From NCBI GenBank assembly GCA_963826785.1, contig CAWGYD010000009.1, positions 24,773 to 88,772 of the forward strand: 64,000 nt of DNA, written 5' to 3'. The notes under the pieces were generated by a model, which was not told the origin of the DNA, did not search any database, and saw only the letters and a list, made by a program, of their open reading frames with translations. The translations under genes and the position numbers were made by a program. The DNA is from an uncultured delta proteobacterium (GTDB lineage: Bacteria > Desulfobacterota > Desulfobacteria > Desulfobacterales > Desulfosalsimonadaceae). Below, piece by piece: positions 44,465-54,812 of this stretch (the stretch's first letter is position 1; the number at the start of each line of letters is the position of its first letter).

Positions 44465-45556
44465 TCAGGCCACCTGGTAAGGGCGCGCAGCGTCGGCTTT
44501 CAAAGACAACCCGTGGCCAGGCCGGGACAGATCCGGGACCAGGGCGCCATCTTGCAGCTGCGGAAGGCCCTCCATGAGCAGGTGTTCGATGCGGACGTGA
44601 TCGTGAAAATATTCCATGTGGCGCACGCCCGCCAGTGACATGGCCGGGTGGAGATGCAGGGCGGGTGCGCAGTGGGAGGAAAGATCCACATGAAAGGCAT
44701 TGCACAGGGCCGCAGCCTCCATGAAACCGGTGAAACCGCAACGGGTGGCATCGGCCATCAGAACATCCACGGACCCGTTTTCCAGCAGCAGCCTGAAATC
44801 ATCGATCATGAAGCCGTATTCCCCGGCCGTGACGTCTAGCCCGGCCGGGGTCCGCTCCCGGATGAGCCTCAGCCCGCGGGTGTCATTCTGGGAAACCGGC
44901 TCTTCAAACCAGACCACCCCTTGTTCATCCAGGCTCTCGGCAATGGCCATGGCCTGCTTTACCGTGTATCCGCCGTTGGCATCCACGAACAGGGCCGGAT
45001 CCGTGCCGATGGCACTCCGGGCGGCCCGGACGCGATCCGGATCGGCATCCGGATCGCGTCCGATCTTCATTTTAACCCGGGGGATTCCCGCTTCCACCCA
45101 GCCGGCGAGCTGCTCCTGGAGCATCCGGATGGAATAGGAGGTAAAACCCCCGCTGCCGTAAACCGGCACCCGGTCGCGGACCCGGCCCAGCAGGGATGCC
45201 AGCGGCAGGTTCAGAAGCTTCGCCTTTAAATCCCACAGCGCGATATCAAGTGCGGACACCGCCATGCGGGCAATCCCGCGTTCACCCATGTTCCGGATGG
45301 CTTTAATCATGGCCGACCCGCACGCCGGGATATTAAACGCATCCATTCCGGAAATAACGTCTGCAAGCTTATCCGCAATCACATCCCCCGCCGCCTTGTG
45401 CGCATAAGTGTATCCGAATCCCGTTTGATCGCCGGCATGGATGTGGACCGCCACCAAAGTGGTGGCGGTCCATTTCAGGGTGCCGTCGGACTCGGGCTGA
45501 TCCGTGGGGATCTTATAGGCATGTACCTGAATTTTGCCAATGGGGAATTCTGCCAT
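44465..45556 (-). CDS. Mandelate racemase/muconate lactonizing enzyme (enolase superfamily)
   Basis: DIALWDL, KMK, VDANG, FEEP, AGEY. Confidence 0.9.
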   Translation of the reverse strand: MAEFPIGKIQVHAYKIPTDQPESDGTLKWTATTLVAVHIHAGDQTGFGYTYAHKAAGDVIADKLADVISGMDAFNIPACGSAMIKAIRNMGERGIARMAVSALDIALWDLKAKLLNLPLASLLGRVRDRVPVYGSGGFTSYSIRMLQEQLAGWVEAGIPRVKMKIGRDPDADPDRVRAARSAIGTDPALFVDANGGYTVKQAMAIAESLDEQGVVWFEEPVSQNDTRGLRLIRERTPAGLDVTAGEYGFMIDDFRLLLENGSVDVLMADATRCGFTGFMEAAALCNAFHVDLSSHCAPALHLHPAMSLAGVRHMEYFHDHVRIEHLLMEGLPQLQDGALVPDLSRPGHGLSLKADAARPYQVA

Positions 45557-45560
45557 GATA

Positions 45561-47348
45561 TCAGCTCCGGCTCAGAAAATCGGAGACCATCTGCTTGGTC
45601 GACTGTTTGGTGATGCCGGCAGGTTGGGATCTCCTTTGAAAATAGTGGACATGTATCCCTTGGCCTGTTCGAAGGTGATATGCGGCGGCAGGGGCGGAAC
45701 ATCCGGGTCGCAAATGGCATCGATCACCACCGGCCGGTCTGCGGAAAGCGCCTGGTCCCAGACCGCCCCGATCTCGGAGGGGTGCATGACCTTGATGCCG
45801 ATCAGACCCAGCACTCTGGGCATAGCCGGGCAAATGGAAAATCCGGGATATTCTGGGAAGCCTCAAATTTGGGGTCGCCGGACATGACCCGCTGCTCCCA
45901 GGTGACCTGATTGAGGTCGTTGTTGTGCAGCACCAGCACGATCAGGCGCGGGTCGGCCCATTCCTTCCAGTACTTGGAGATGGTGATCAGCCCGTCGTTT
46001 CCCAGCATCTGCATGGCGCCGTCGCCGACCATGGCGATGACCGGCCGGTCGGGATAGCAGAATTTGGCGGCCGTGGCATAGGGAACTCCGGGACACATGG
46101 TGGCAAGCCCCCCGGAAAGGGACGCCATCATGCCCCGGCGAACCTTGAGATCCCGGGCATACCAGTTGGCGGCCGAACCCGAATCGCAGGTCAGGATGCA
46201 GTTTTCGGGAAGGCGGGAGGAGAGCTCCCAGAACAGCAGCTGGGGGTTGATGGGATTGGCTTTCATGTGGGCCCGGGCTTCCATGATCTCCCACCATTCT
46301 TTACATTCTCCTCGATTTCCCTGCGCCAGGAGGTGTCCGCCTTCTTTTTGAGCTTGGGAAGCAGGTATTTAAGCGTCAGTTCCGTGTCCCCGTGCAGGTT
46401 GACTTCCATGGGGTAGCGGTCGGACAGATGGCGGGCCTGGATATCGATCTGAACGCCACGGGCCTGGCCTTCCTTGGGATAAAATTCCGAGTAGGGAAAA
46501 TTGGAGCCCACTCACGAACAGGGTGTCGCAGTTCATCATCATGTCCCAGCTGGGTTTGGTGCCCAGAAGCCCGATGGATCCGGTGACATACGGCAGGTCG
46601 TCGGGCAGGGCGGCTTTTCCCAGAAGCGCCTTGGCCACCCCGGCACCCAGCAGTCCGCTGCTTTCATGACTTCATCAGCCGCCTGCATCGCCCCGGCCCC
46701 GATGAGCATGGCCACTTTCTTGCCTTCGTTTAACACGCCGGCCGCGCGCTCCAGGTCCGCTTCGGCCGGAATGGTGCGGGGCTCGGAATACCCGATGCCG
46801 GTGAAACAGGAGCCGTGCTTCCGGGGAGGTGACGGCACCGCATCCATTTCCTGAAGATCCTTGGGAAGGATGATGCAGGTAACCGCCCGCTCGGCCTTGG
46901 CGATACGCAGGGCATTGTCCAGCAGATGGCGAAATGCGGCCGGTGTGGATGCCATATGCACGTAATTATGAGCCACATCCTTGAACAGGCTGATCAGGTC
47001 GACTTCCTGCTGATATCCGGTTCCCATGGCGGTAGTGCCCGACTGGCCCACGATTGCCAAAACCGGCGTCGAATCCTTCCGGGCATCATAGAGTCCGTTC
47101 AACAGGTGAATGGCCCCGGGACCCGATGTGGCGATGCAGACGCCCACCTCGCCGGTGAACTTGGCATGGGCCGTGGCCATGAAGGCGGCCTCCTCCTCGT
47201 GGCGGGCCTGGATGAACCGGATTTTGTCCCGGTGGCGGTCCAGTGCTCCGAATACGCCGTTGATGCCGTCTCCGGGAAATCCGTAGATTCTGCGGATTCC
47301 CCATTCATGAAGGCGTTTTATCAAAAAATCACTTGCTGTTTCTCCCAT
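45561..47348 (-). pseudogene. Thiamine-pyrophosphate-requiring enzyme (pyruvate oxidase/PoxB-like) broken by about six single-base frameshifts
   Basis: GFPGDGIN, RHEE, TSGPGAIH, GDGAM...NN TPP motif spread over ORFs 46539..47348, 46369..46638, 46263..46511, 45802..46284, 45572..45823 and 45561..45866. Confidence 0.8.
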
Positions 47349-47502
47349 GATGGTCGCTCCTTTTTTTGCTCAAATTTGCAAAACACGTCCCGGCTTCGAT
47401 CTGGCAGTCGGCGATTTACAGGCATTGCCCTCCCGAACCCGGATTACCGGTTACGTTTTTTTTTATGGATTATGTCCCGCTTATCGTTTTTTTGAACCTG
47501 CC

Positions 47503-48486
47503 CTACCAGGCCCACCAGCCGATGGCGCCCAGGATGATGACAATTAGCAGCAGGATAAGTTTCTTGTGTTTGTTGAGCTTCAGCTGCCAGCTGGTGCCCT
47601 TGGCCTGATCGTCGAAATCCCCGTGGGCCCCGAAATCCTTGTTCACCGGCTCAAACAGGTTTCCCGGCTGATCGACCGCGGGTTCATCGCGCTGCTGGGC
47701 CTGGTAGTTGGTTTTGGCCAGGTAGCGGTCGGCCATTTTCGGCATCAGCCGGTTTCCCCAGATGATGATGGGGGTGTTAAACCCCACGTAGAGCTCCCGG
47801 CGGCGGTGCCGCGCCGACCACACGATGGCTTCGGCGGCTACTTCCGGCTGAAAGATGGGGGGGACGGGTTGGGGCCGTTTCGGAAGCTTGGCCCTGCACC
47901 ATGAAAATTGGGGCGTATTGAGCGCCGGCATCTGGACCATGGTGATGTGGACCTTCGATTTGTTGTGAAGCAGTTCACACCGAAGCGAGTCCGTGAATCC
48001 ACGGATGGCGAATTTGGCCCCGCAATAGCCGGTCTGAAGGGGAATGGCCCGGTAGGACAGGGCCGAACCCACCTGGACGACCACCCCCCGATTTCGCGGC
48101 ACCATTCTTTTCAAAGCCGTCATGGTACCGTATACAAACCCCAGGTAGGTCACCTCGGTCACCCGCTTGAATTCTTCGGGGGTGATATGGAGAAATTCCG
48201 CAAACACAGTGGTCATGGCGCAATTCACCCAGACGGTAATGGGACCGAATACCTTTTCCGCCTCCTCGGCAGCGAGCTCCAATTCCGAAGGATCGGAAAC
48301 ATCCGCAGGGTAGACCATGGCCTTGCCGCCGCGTGATTCCACTTCCTTTTTCGCCGCTTCCAGTCCGGCTTCCCCCCGGGCGATCAGCACCACCGAAGCC
48401 CCCCTGTCGGCAAAAGCCCGGGCCGTTGCCCTGCCAATTCCTGCCGAAGCACCCGTAATGACGACGACTTCCACCTTTTTGGCCAT
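47503..48486 (-). CDS. SDR family oxidoreductase with a C-terminal membrane anchor
   Basis: TGASAGIG, YCGAK; hydrophobic tail; GGAGAG RBS. Confidence 0.9.
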   Translation of the reverse strand: MAKKVEVVVITGASAGIGRATARAFADRGASVVLIARGEAGLEAAKKEVESRGGKAMVYPADVSDPSELELAAEEAEKVFGPITVWVNCAMTTVFAEFLHITPEEFKRVTEVTYLGFVYGTMTALKRMVPRNRGVVVQVGSALSYRAIPLQTGYCGAKFAIRGFTDSLRCELLHNKSKVHITMVQMPALNTPQFSWCRAKLPKRPQPVPPIFQPEVAAEAIVWSARHRRRELYVGFNTPIIIWGNRLMPKMADRYLAKTNYQAQQRDEPAVDQPGNLFEPVNKDFGAHGDFDDQAKGTSWQLKLNKHKKLILLLIVIILGAIGWWAW

Positions 48487-48766
48487 ACGTGCTCTCTCCT
48501 TTTGATCCGCTGAAGTGCCGGAGAACATCACTTTCCTACCATCTGCTACTATGATTCATTGTTCCCATAAATACGGTTGAGGCTGTATTTGCCAAAAAGA
48601 GAAGGTGTATTTGCCTGCCAACCGGCGCTTCAAAGCACGCCCTTCCATGCCGCAGCCGGGATCGGGATGGGTTTTAAGGGCCGGATTATGAAAGAATACA
48701 GGATTCACCCTATTTATCGAACCTGCGGTTTGGCGTTAAAAGAGAATGAAGTGGTGATAATTTAAA

Positions 48767-50626
48767 ATGATTTCAGCCGACAATTCAAAATACCCGCCCA
48801 TTTCCGATTATGCCATCATCGGCGACTGTCGTTGCGCAGCCCTGGTTTCGAAACGGGGTTCCATCGACTGGCTCTGCATGCCCCGGTTTGACAGCCCTTC
48901 CATTTTTGCAGCCATCATCGACCGGGATCAGGGCGGGCATTTCAAAATTTCGCCCGAAGAAGATTTCGAGGTGGACCGCGCTTACGTGAAGGACACCAAC
49001 GTATTGACCACCCGTTTTACCACGGCGGCCGGCGTTGTCGAACTCACCGATCTGATGCCGGTTTACGGCAGGGATGAGATGCATACATTCCTCTGTCCCG
49101 AACGCCAGATCCTGAGATCAGTCAAATGCGTGAAGGGAAGCGTCGCCATACATATCGAATATTTCCCCCGGCCGGATTACGGCCGGATACAGCCGAAGAT
49201 CACGGACCGGGGACGGCTGGGACTGTTCTGGGAGTGGAAAAGCAAAGCATGCTATTTAACGGGAGACGTTTTGCTTACCCTGACGGCGGACCGCACCGGG
49301 GCTACGGCGCAAATCCATCTCCAGCAGGGTGAACAGGCGATGCTTTCGCTCTCCTTTGCCGACGGTGAACCGGCCATCATTCCCCCTTTAGGTGAAAACG
49401 GGGAAAAGATGATCGACAGAACCGTCGCCTGGTGGCAGGGATGGTCGGCGCAGTGCGGATATGAAGGGAAATACCGGGATGGGGTGATCAGAAGCGCGCT
49501 GTTTCTCAAACTGATGACCTACTCGCCCTCCGGTGCCGTGGTGGCCGCGCCCACCACATCCCTGCCGGAGAAAATCGGCGGCGTGCGCAACTGGGATTAC
49601 CGCTTCTGCTGGCTCCGGGACGCGGCCATGACCATACGGGCGTTTTTCCGGCTGGGCTATCAACGGGAGGGATTTTCCTTTCTTTCGTGGATGCTCCACT
49701 CCACCCGTCTGACCCGCCCGGAACTCCAGGTGGCTTACGACGTTTACGGAGAAACGCGTCTGAAGGAAAAAGAACTGCCCCACCTGGAAGGATATGCATC
49801 GTCTACGCCGGTGCGGGTCGGCAATGATGCGGAATATCAGCTCCAGCTCGATATTTATGGCGAGGTCATGGTGGGCGTGGCCGAATTTATCCGTCAGGGC
49901 GGCAGGATCGACCGCATGACCGCCCGCATGCTAAAGGACCTGGGGCGGACAGTGGTTCGCCGGTGGCGGGAGCCGGACAGCGGGATTTGGGAGCTTCGCG
50001 GCCACCGGAGGCATCACACGTATTCTAAAGCCATGTGCTGGCGGTCGCTCAACGAATTGATCGGTCTTCATCGGACCAATGAAATGCGGGTGAATGAACC
50101 CCAATTGATCGAGGAGCGCGAAGCCATCCGCGCCGACATCGAATACAGGGGATACAACCCGGAGCTGGGCAGCTATACCGCTGTCTTATCAGGCGATGCC
50201 ATGGATGCCAGTCTTCTTCTGCTGCCCATTTACGGGTATATCGATGCCCACCACCCCCGCATGATATCCACCTATAAACGGATCATGGAAAAACTGGCGC
50301 AAAACTCTCTGCTATACCGCTACCTGTCCGACGACGGCCTCCCTGAAGGGGAAGGCACTTTCGGGGCTTGCAGCTTCTGGGCGGCGGAGTGCCTGGCACG
50401 GGCCGGCAAAAGCGAAGAAGCCCGGGAGCGGTTTGAATATCTGCTCACCTATGCCAATGACGTGGGGCTCTATTCTGAAGAGATCGATGCCGAAACCGGA
50501 AGAGCCCTGGGCAATTTTCCACAGGCATTCACCCATGTGGCCATGATCAACGCGGCCCTGGCCATAGATCCCCATGAACAGCAGCGGGGAGAGGACACGG
50601 GCCGCACTGGAAAACAGGAAAATTGA
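48767..50626 (+). CDS. Glycoside hydrolase family 15 (trehalase/glucoamylase-like)
   Basis: DYAIIGD, PTTSLPE, NWDYRFCWLRDA, GIWE, GNFPQAFTH. Confidence 0.92.
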   Translation: MISADNSKYPPISDYAIIGDCRCAALVSKRGSIDWLCMPRFDSPSIFAAIIDRDQGGHFKISPEEDFEVDRAYVKDTNVLTTRFTTAAGVVELTDLMPVYGRDEMHTFLCPERQILRSVKCVKGSVAIHIEYFPRPDYGRIQPKITDRGRLGLFWEWKSKACYLTGDVLLTLTADRTGATAQIHLQQGEQAMLSLSFADGEPAIIPPLGENGEKMIDRTVAWWQGWSAQCGYEGKYRDGVIRSALFLKLMTYSPSGAVVAAPTTSLPEKIGGVRNWDYRFCWLRDAAMTIRAFFRLGYQREGFSFLSWMLHSTRLTRPELQVAYDVYGETRLKEKELPHLEGYASSTPVRVGNDAEYQLQLDIYGEVMVGVAEFIRQGGRIDRMTARMLKDLGRTVVRRWREPDSGIWELRGHRRHHTYSKAMCWRSLNELIGLHRTNEMRVNEPQLIEEREAIRADIEYRGYNPELGSYTAVLSGDAMDASLLLLPIYGYIDAHHPRMISTYKRIMEKLAQNSLLYRYLSDDGLPEGEGTFGACSFWAAECLARAGKSEEARERFEYLLTYANDVGLYSEEIDAETGRALGNFPQAFTHVAMINAALAIDPHEQQRGEDTGRTGKQEN

Positions 50627-51129
50627 CTGCCATGCATTCGTTCGTATTTCACGTACAACTCGATTTCGTGCTGTTGTGGGGTTTCGTGGCCACCATCGTG
50701 CTGACCATCATTACCACCACCGGTCAATGGCTCGGCTTTTCGCGAATGAGCCTCTCCTTTTTAATGGGAACCCTGTTTACCGGGAACAGGGATCGGGCAC
50801 AGCAGATCGGCATTCTGCTGCACATCCTGGTGGGATGGCTGTTTTCCTTTTTTTACGCGCTGGTATTTGAAAGCCTGGGGATGGCGACCTGGTGGATCGG
50901 GCTGGCCGTCGGAATTTTTCACGCCCTGTTCATCCTTACCGTTTTGTTTCCGCTTATGCAGCATATGCACCCCCGAATGGCCAGCGAACACCAGGGACCC
51001 ACTCCCACCCGCATGCTGGAGCCCCTCGGATTCATGGGTCTTCACTACGGTCGCCGCACCCCGCTGATGCTCCTTGCGGCCCATGCCGTCTTCGGGGTGG
51101 TGCTGGGGATTTTTTATGCCCCCGTATGA
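50623..51129 (+). CDS. Hypothetical membrane protein with about four TM helices
   Basis: Hydrophobic helices with intramembrane His; start overlaps the GH15 stop. Confidence 0.75.
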   Translation: MTAMHSFVFHVQLDFVLLWGFVATIVLTIITTTGQWLGFSRMSLSFLMGTLFTGNRDRAQQIGILLHILVGWLFSFFYALVFESLGMATWWIGLAVGIFHALFILTVLFPLMQHMHPRMASEHQGPTPTRMLEPLGFMGLHYGRRTPLMLLAAHAVFGVVLGIFYAPV

Positions 51130-51311
51130 AGTTTTCAGAATTAAAGGCCTCTTCTACGTCCGTCTTAACCTCCATTGGTCCTGAAATACGGGTATTACCC
51201 ACTTTCACGCCCGTTTCTTTCTGCTATGGTTCCTCTATTGCCGGCATTTTGTTGAGATCGCAGCACCGGCCGCTAATTTCGACCCAAAATGAATTCACAT
51301 AAGGAGGATCT

Positions 51312-52550
51312 ATGAGCATGAACCCGTTTAAGGAAAAGGGAATCCCCATCGAAGAGCAGCTCACCAACTGGACGGAGGCAAACCCCAAGCCCTATGACAA
51401 GAACAGCGTACATCCGTATACCCGCACCCGGGTAATCTTCATGAACGGCATCGAAACAGAGGGCGCCATTTTCGGCCACCAGTTTGCCCGGCATACCGAT
51501 GATATGGAACTCAAGCAGAAACTCGCCCTCACCCGCCGCCTGGAGCAGCAGCAGCAGAAAATGATCAACTGGCTGATCCCCGCAAATGAAAGCGTGCTGG
51601 AGGCCACCATCGGATATGAGCAGGTGGCGGTGGACCTTACCGCATTTCTCGCCCGCACCGAACCGGACCCCTATGCCAAGGCGGTTCTGGATTTTGCCCT
51701 GCTGGAGGATTTCGACCATCTGTACCGGTATGCCAACCTGATGGAAATGACCGAAGGGAAAAAGGCGGAGAAAGTCACCGGGGAGTTCACCGAGATCACC
51801 ATCGGCCGCCCCACCGTGGCCGAGCACCGGCATCCCTTTGACGATGTGAGAAAACATTATAATTCCGCCAAAGCCGACATCCTCACCAAACTCCATGCCG
51901 TGACCATCACCGCAGCGGAGCAGCAGACCATGAACTTTTACATGAATGTGGGCAACCGTCCGGAAACCATGGAGGGCCGGGGGCTATATCTGGAGATCGC
52001 CCAGATCGAAGAGCAGCACGTCACCCATTATGAATCCCTGATGGATCCGCGCACCTCCTGGTTTGAACAGCTGGTTCTGCACGAATACAACGAATGCTGG
52101 CTCTACTACTCCATGATGCAGCAGGAGCCGGATGCCCGCATCAAGAAGATATGGGAAAAGCACCTGAACATGGAAATCGAACACCTCAAGATCGCATCTG
52201 AGCTGATGAAAAAATACGAAAAAAAGGATCCGGAGGACATGTACCCCAAGGCGCTGCCCGACATCCTGAAATTTGAGTCCAATATCGATTACGTGCGGCA
52301 GATCATGGCCGAACAGACCGATTACAATGCCCTTGAAACGGAATTTGTGCCGGCAGAAAAGATCCCCAAGGATTCCCGTTATGATATGTATCAGTACAAG
52401 GTCAATTACGGCGGTGCGCCAAGTCAGAAGGTGATCGAAAGCTACATCAAGAAAAATGGCGAGGATTACCGACAGGAACTCAAAGGGCCGCACCCGGTGG
52501 AGCGCTTCAGGGACCGCAAAGCCGTATCCCTTTCTCCTGTCTTCAAGTAG
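51312..52550 (+). CDS. Tandem ferritin-like domain protein
   Basis: Two repeated four-helix units with E...ExxH patterns (EDFDH; AEQQ/EEQH/HEYNE/EIEH); strong AAGGAGG RBS. Confidence 0.75.
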   Translation: MSMNPFKEKGIPIEEQLTNWTEANPKPYDKNSVHPYTRTRVIFMNGIETEGAIFGHQFARHTDDMELKQKLALTRRLEQQQQKMINWLIPANESVLEATIGYEQVAVDLTAFLARTEPDPYAKAVLDFALLEDFDHLYRYANLMEMTEGKKAEKVTGEFTEITIGRPTVAEHRHPFDDVRKHYNSAKADILTKLHAVTITAAEQQTMNFYMNVGNRPETMEGRGLYLEIAQIEEQHVTHYESLMDPRTSWFEQLVLHEYNECWLYYSMMQQEPDARIKKIWEKHLNMEIEHLKIASELMKKYEKKDPEDMYPKALPDILKFESNIDYVRQIMAEQTDYNALETEFVPAEKIPKDSRYDMYQYKVNYGGAPSQKVIESYIKKNGEDYRQELKGPHPVERFRDRKAVSLSPVFK

Positions 52551-52651
52551 GGCGTGGGCGACATCGAAAAAGAGCACCCTGCCGGGAAAATCCGGCGGGG
52601 TGCCTCGCGGTTTCCACGGTAGCAAGGCTTATCCATAAAAAGGAAAATGTT

Positions 52652-53524
52652 TTGCCGGGAAAGATATGGCGGTTCATTAAAAAATTGTGGTACGAGATTT
52701 TCGACGACAATCTCTTCAACGGCGCGGCCGCCCTGGCCTACTACATGACCCTGTCCCTGTTTCCGGCCACCATTTTTCTGCTCACCCTGCTTCCCTATCT
52801 GCCCATCCCCCACCTGGACAACCAGGTGATGGCCCTGCTCCAGCAGGCTATGCCCCCCCAGGCCGCAGACATGTTTTCCGGGGTGGTCGGCGAGGTCACC
52901 CGCCAGAAAAAAGGCGGGCTGCTTACCTTTGGCATCCTGTTCACCATCTGGTCGGCTTCAACAGGGATCAACGCCGTCCTGCAGGAACTCAACACCACCT
53001 ATGATGTGAAAGAAGAAAGACCTTTTTACAAGGTCCGCGGCATCGCGCTGCTGCTCCTGCTGGCGTTTGTGGTGCTGATCGTGGGCGCTTTCGGCCTGAT
53101 CGTAACCGGCGGGTTCATCCAGGGGCTGTTTGCCCAATGGTTCGGGCAGAGCCACTGGCTGCTGCTCTTTTTTGCCGTCATCCGGTGGCTGGTGATCGCA
53201 CTCTTTCTCCTGCTGGGATTTGCCCTGACCTATTATTTCGGTCCGGACGTGGAGCAGGAGTTCCGGTTCATCACCCCGGGAAGCCTGATCGGCGTGATCC
53301 TGCTGGCGCTGTCCTCCCTGCTGTTCAGCTGGTATATCTCCAATTTTGCCGACTACAGCGCCACCTACGGGAGCATCGGCGCGGTGATTGTACTGATGCT
53401 GTGGCTTTATATCACCGGGTTTGTGATCCTGCTGGGATCTGAAATCAATGCCCTGATCGAATTCAACAGCCCGCGTGCCAAATCCAGGGGAGACAAAAAA
53501 ATCAGCAGTCACAAGCCCGGGTGA
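52652..53524 (+). CDS. YihY/virulence factor BrkB family membrane protein
   Basis: AAALAYY, WSAS, YDVKE.RP, YSATYGSIGAVIVLMLWLY, GSEIN. Confidence 0.9.
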   Translation: MPGKIWRFIKKLWYEIFDDNLFNGAAALAYYMTLSLFPATIFLLTLLPYLPIPHLDNQVMALLQQAMPPQAADMFSGVVGEVTRQKKGGLLTFGILFTIWSASTGINAVLQELNTTYDVKEERPFYKVRGIALLLLLAFVVLIVGAFGLIVTGGFIQGLFAQWFGQSHWLLLFFAVIRWLVIALFLLLGFALTYYFGPDVEQEFRFITPGSLIGVILLALSSLLFSWYISNFADYSATYGSIGAVIVLMLWLYITGFVILLGSEINALIEFNSPRAKSRGDKKISSHKPG

Positions 53525-54804
53525 TCCATGCCGCCGGCCCGTTTCCAGAACCGGCCGTACAAACCGAAGGGATAGGAGAAGGGTAAATGCGCAAACTTTT
53601 CCAGCATCTCTTCCTCCCACTGCCGACCCATCCGGTCGGCTTCAGCGGCCCCGGCAGGGCCGGGGGCGCCATCTGCCCCCTCGTACAGGGAAAGCATACG
53701 GTTTTGAGTCCGTGCGATGGATAGCTGCACTTCTGCTCTTTGCGCATCCAAAAACAACAGGGGCCGGTGAATGTGTTCATGCCGCTTCCACAGGGAGCCT
53801 TCAACGGTCTGTTCATCGGAATTGAGCACGTAATAGGCGATGTCCCTGTCGAATCCGGCCGGTTTGAACAGCGACAGGCAGGGGGCGGAGGTGCCGGTGA
53901 AGAAATGGGCGGCATCCTCCGGCGACAGCCGGGAGACCATGGATCCGCAGGTCTGGCTGCGGCGGATGAATCCGCCGGCATGCATGCAGATGTCCCTGTT
54001 GCTGCCGGAAGCCGGCCGCGTTTGAGGGTGGTAGTGGGTGCGAAGCATTTCCATCATGGCGGCCATCGATACCGTTCCGGCCTGTTTTGCCCGGCGCAGG
54101 CATTCCCGGCTGGACTGCAGGCGTTTGGCGGAGCCGGCGAAAAAAGGGACCAGCGCGGTATCGAATGCATCTTTAAAGCAAAAATCCTTTTTACCGGAAA
54201 AAAGCTTTCGTTTAACGGCAAAATCCTCCAACCCCTCTGATTTGAGATCATAATCCGCTCCGATGGTCAGGCAATTGGAGATGGCGGCAAAATCGTCGAC
54301 TTTTTTGGCCGCCCAGTGCCGGCCGGCCGTTTCCAGCACCCAGGCCTCATTTTGATCTGCGATGATGAAACTGTTGTCATAGCGAAGCTTCTGGTCCCGA
54401 AATCCGCAGATCCCGCCCTGCCCGTGCTGTTGAAGAAGCCCGGTGATCACCTCCAGGGCATGGGCGGCACTGTCGCCCCTTTCCAGGCCCAGACGGAGCA
54501 GGTCCATGCCGATGAGCCCGGGGCCCTGCTCCATGACCCTGGTGAAAACCGCTTCGTTTCCGATCACCACCCCGCGGTCATTGGCCCCCATTTCCGCCCC
54601 CCACATCCAGAAGGGCTTGCTCAGGATCACCCCGTGCCGGTCCGGGACCTGCGGGATGTCGATGTAGGTGGCGCGCATGAATTTTGCCCGGTCGCCGGCA
54701 GTGGCCGGAAGCCGGACCACCAGCTGGGCTTCCGCCGGCTCCCGGTCGCTGTTTTTGGCAAAGTACCAGCAATTGTCTTTTCGGATAATCTGGGTGTCAC
54801 ACAT
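53509..54804 (-). CDS. Peptidase C69/secernin-like Ntn-hydrolase
   Basis: N-terminal nucleophile MCDT, FAKNSDRE, WGAEMGAN, GNEA, DLLRLGLER, ICMHAGG. Confidence 0.88.
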   Translation of the reverse strand: MCDTQIIRKDNCWYFAKNSDREPAEAQLVVRLPATAGDRAKFMRATYIDIPQVPDRHGVILSKPFWMWGAEMGANDRGVVIGNEAVFTRVMEQGPGLIGMDLLRLGLERGDSAAHALEVITGLLQQHGQGGICGFRDQKLRYDNSFIIADQNEAWVLETAGRHWAAKKVDDFAAISNCLTIGADYDLKSEGLEDFAVKRKLFSGKKDFCFKDAFDTALVPFFAGSAKRLQSSRECLRRAKQAGTVSMAAMMEMLRTHYHPQTRPASGSNRDICMHAGGFIRRSQTCGSMVSRLSPEDAAHFFTGTSAPCLSLFKPAGFDRDIAYYVLNSDEQTVEGSLWKRHEHIHRPLLFLDAQRAEVQLSIARTQNRMLSLYEGADGAPGPAGAAEADRMGRQWEEEMLEKFAHLPFSYPFGLYGRFWKRAGGMDHPGL

Positions 54805-54812
54805 GAATAATC

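Noticed and set aside
51227..51241. Sigma54 promoter (TGG-N8-TTGC) upstream of the ferritin-like gene
   Set aside because: GG/GC spacing fits, but the GCAC core is absent; too weak to call
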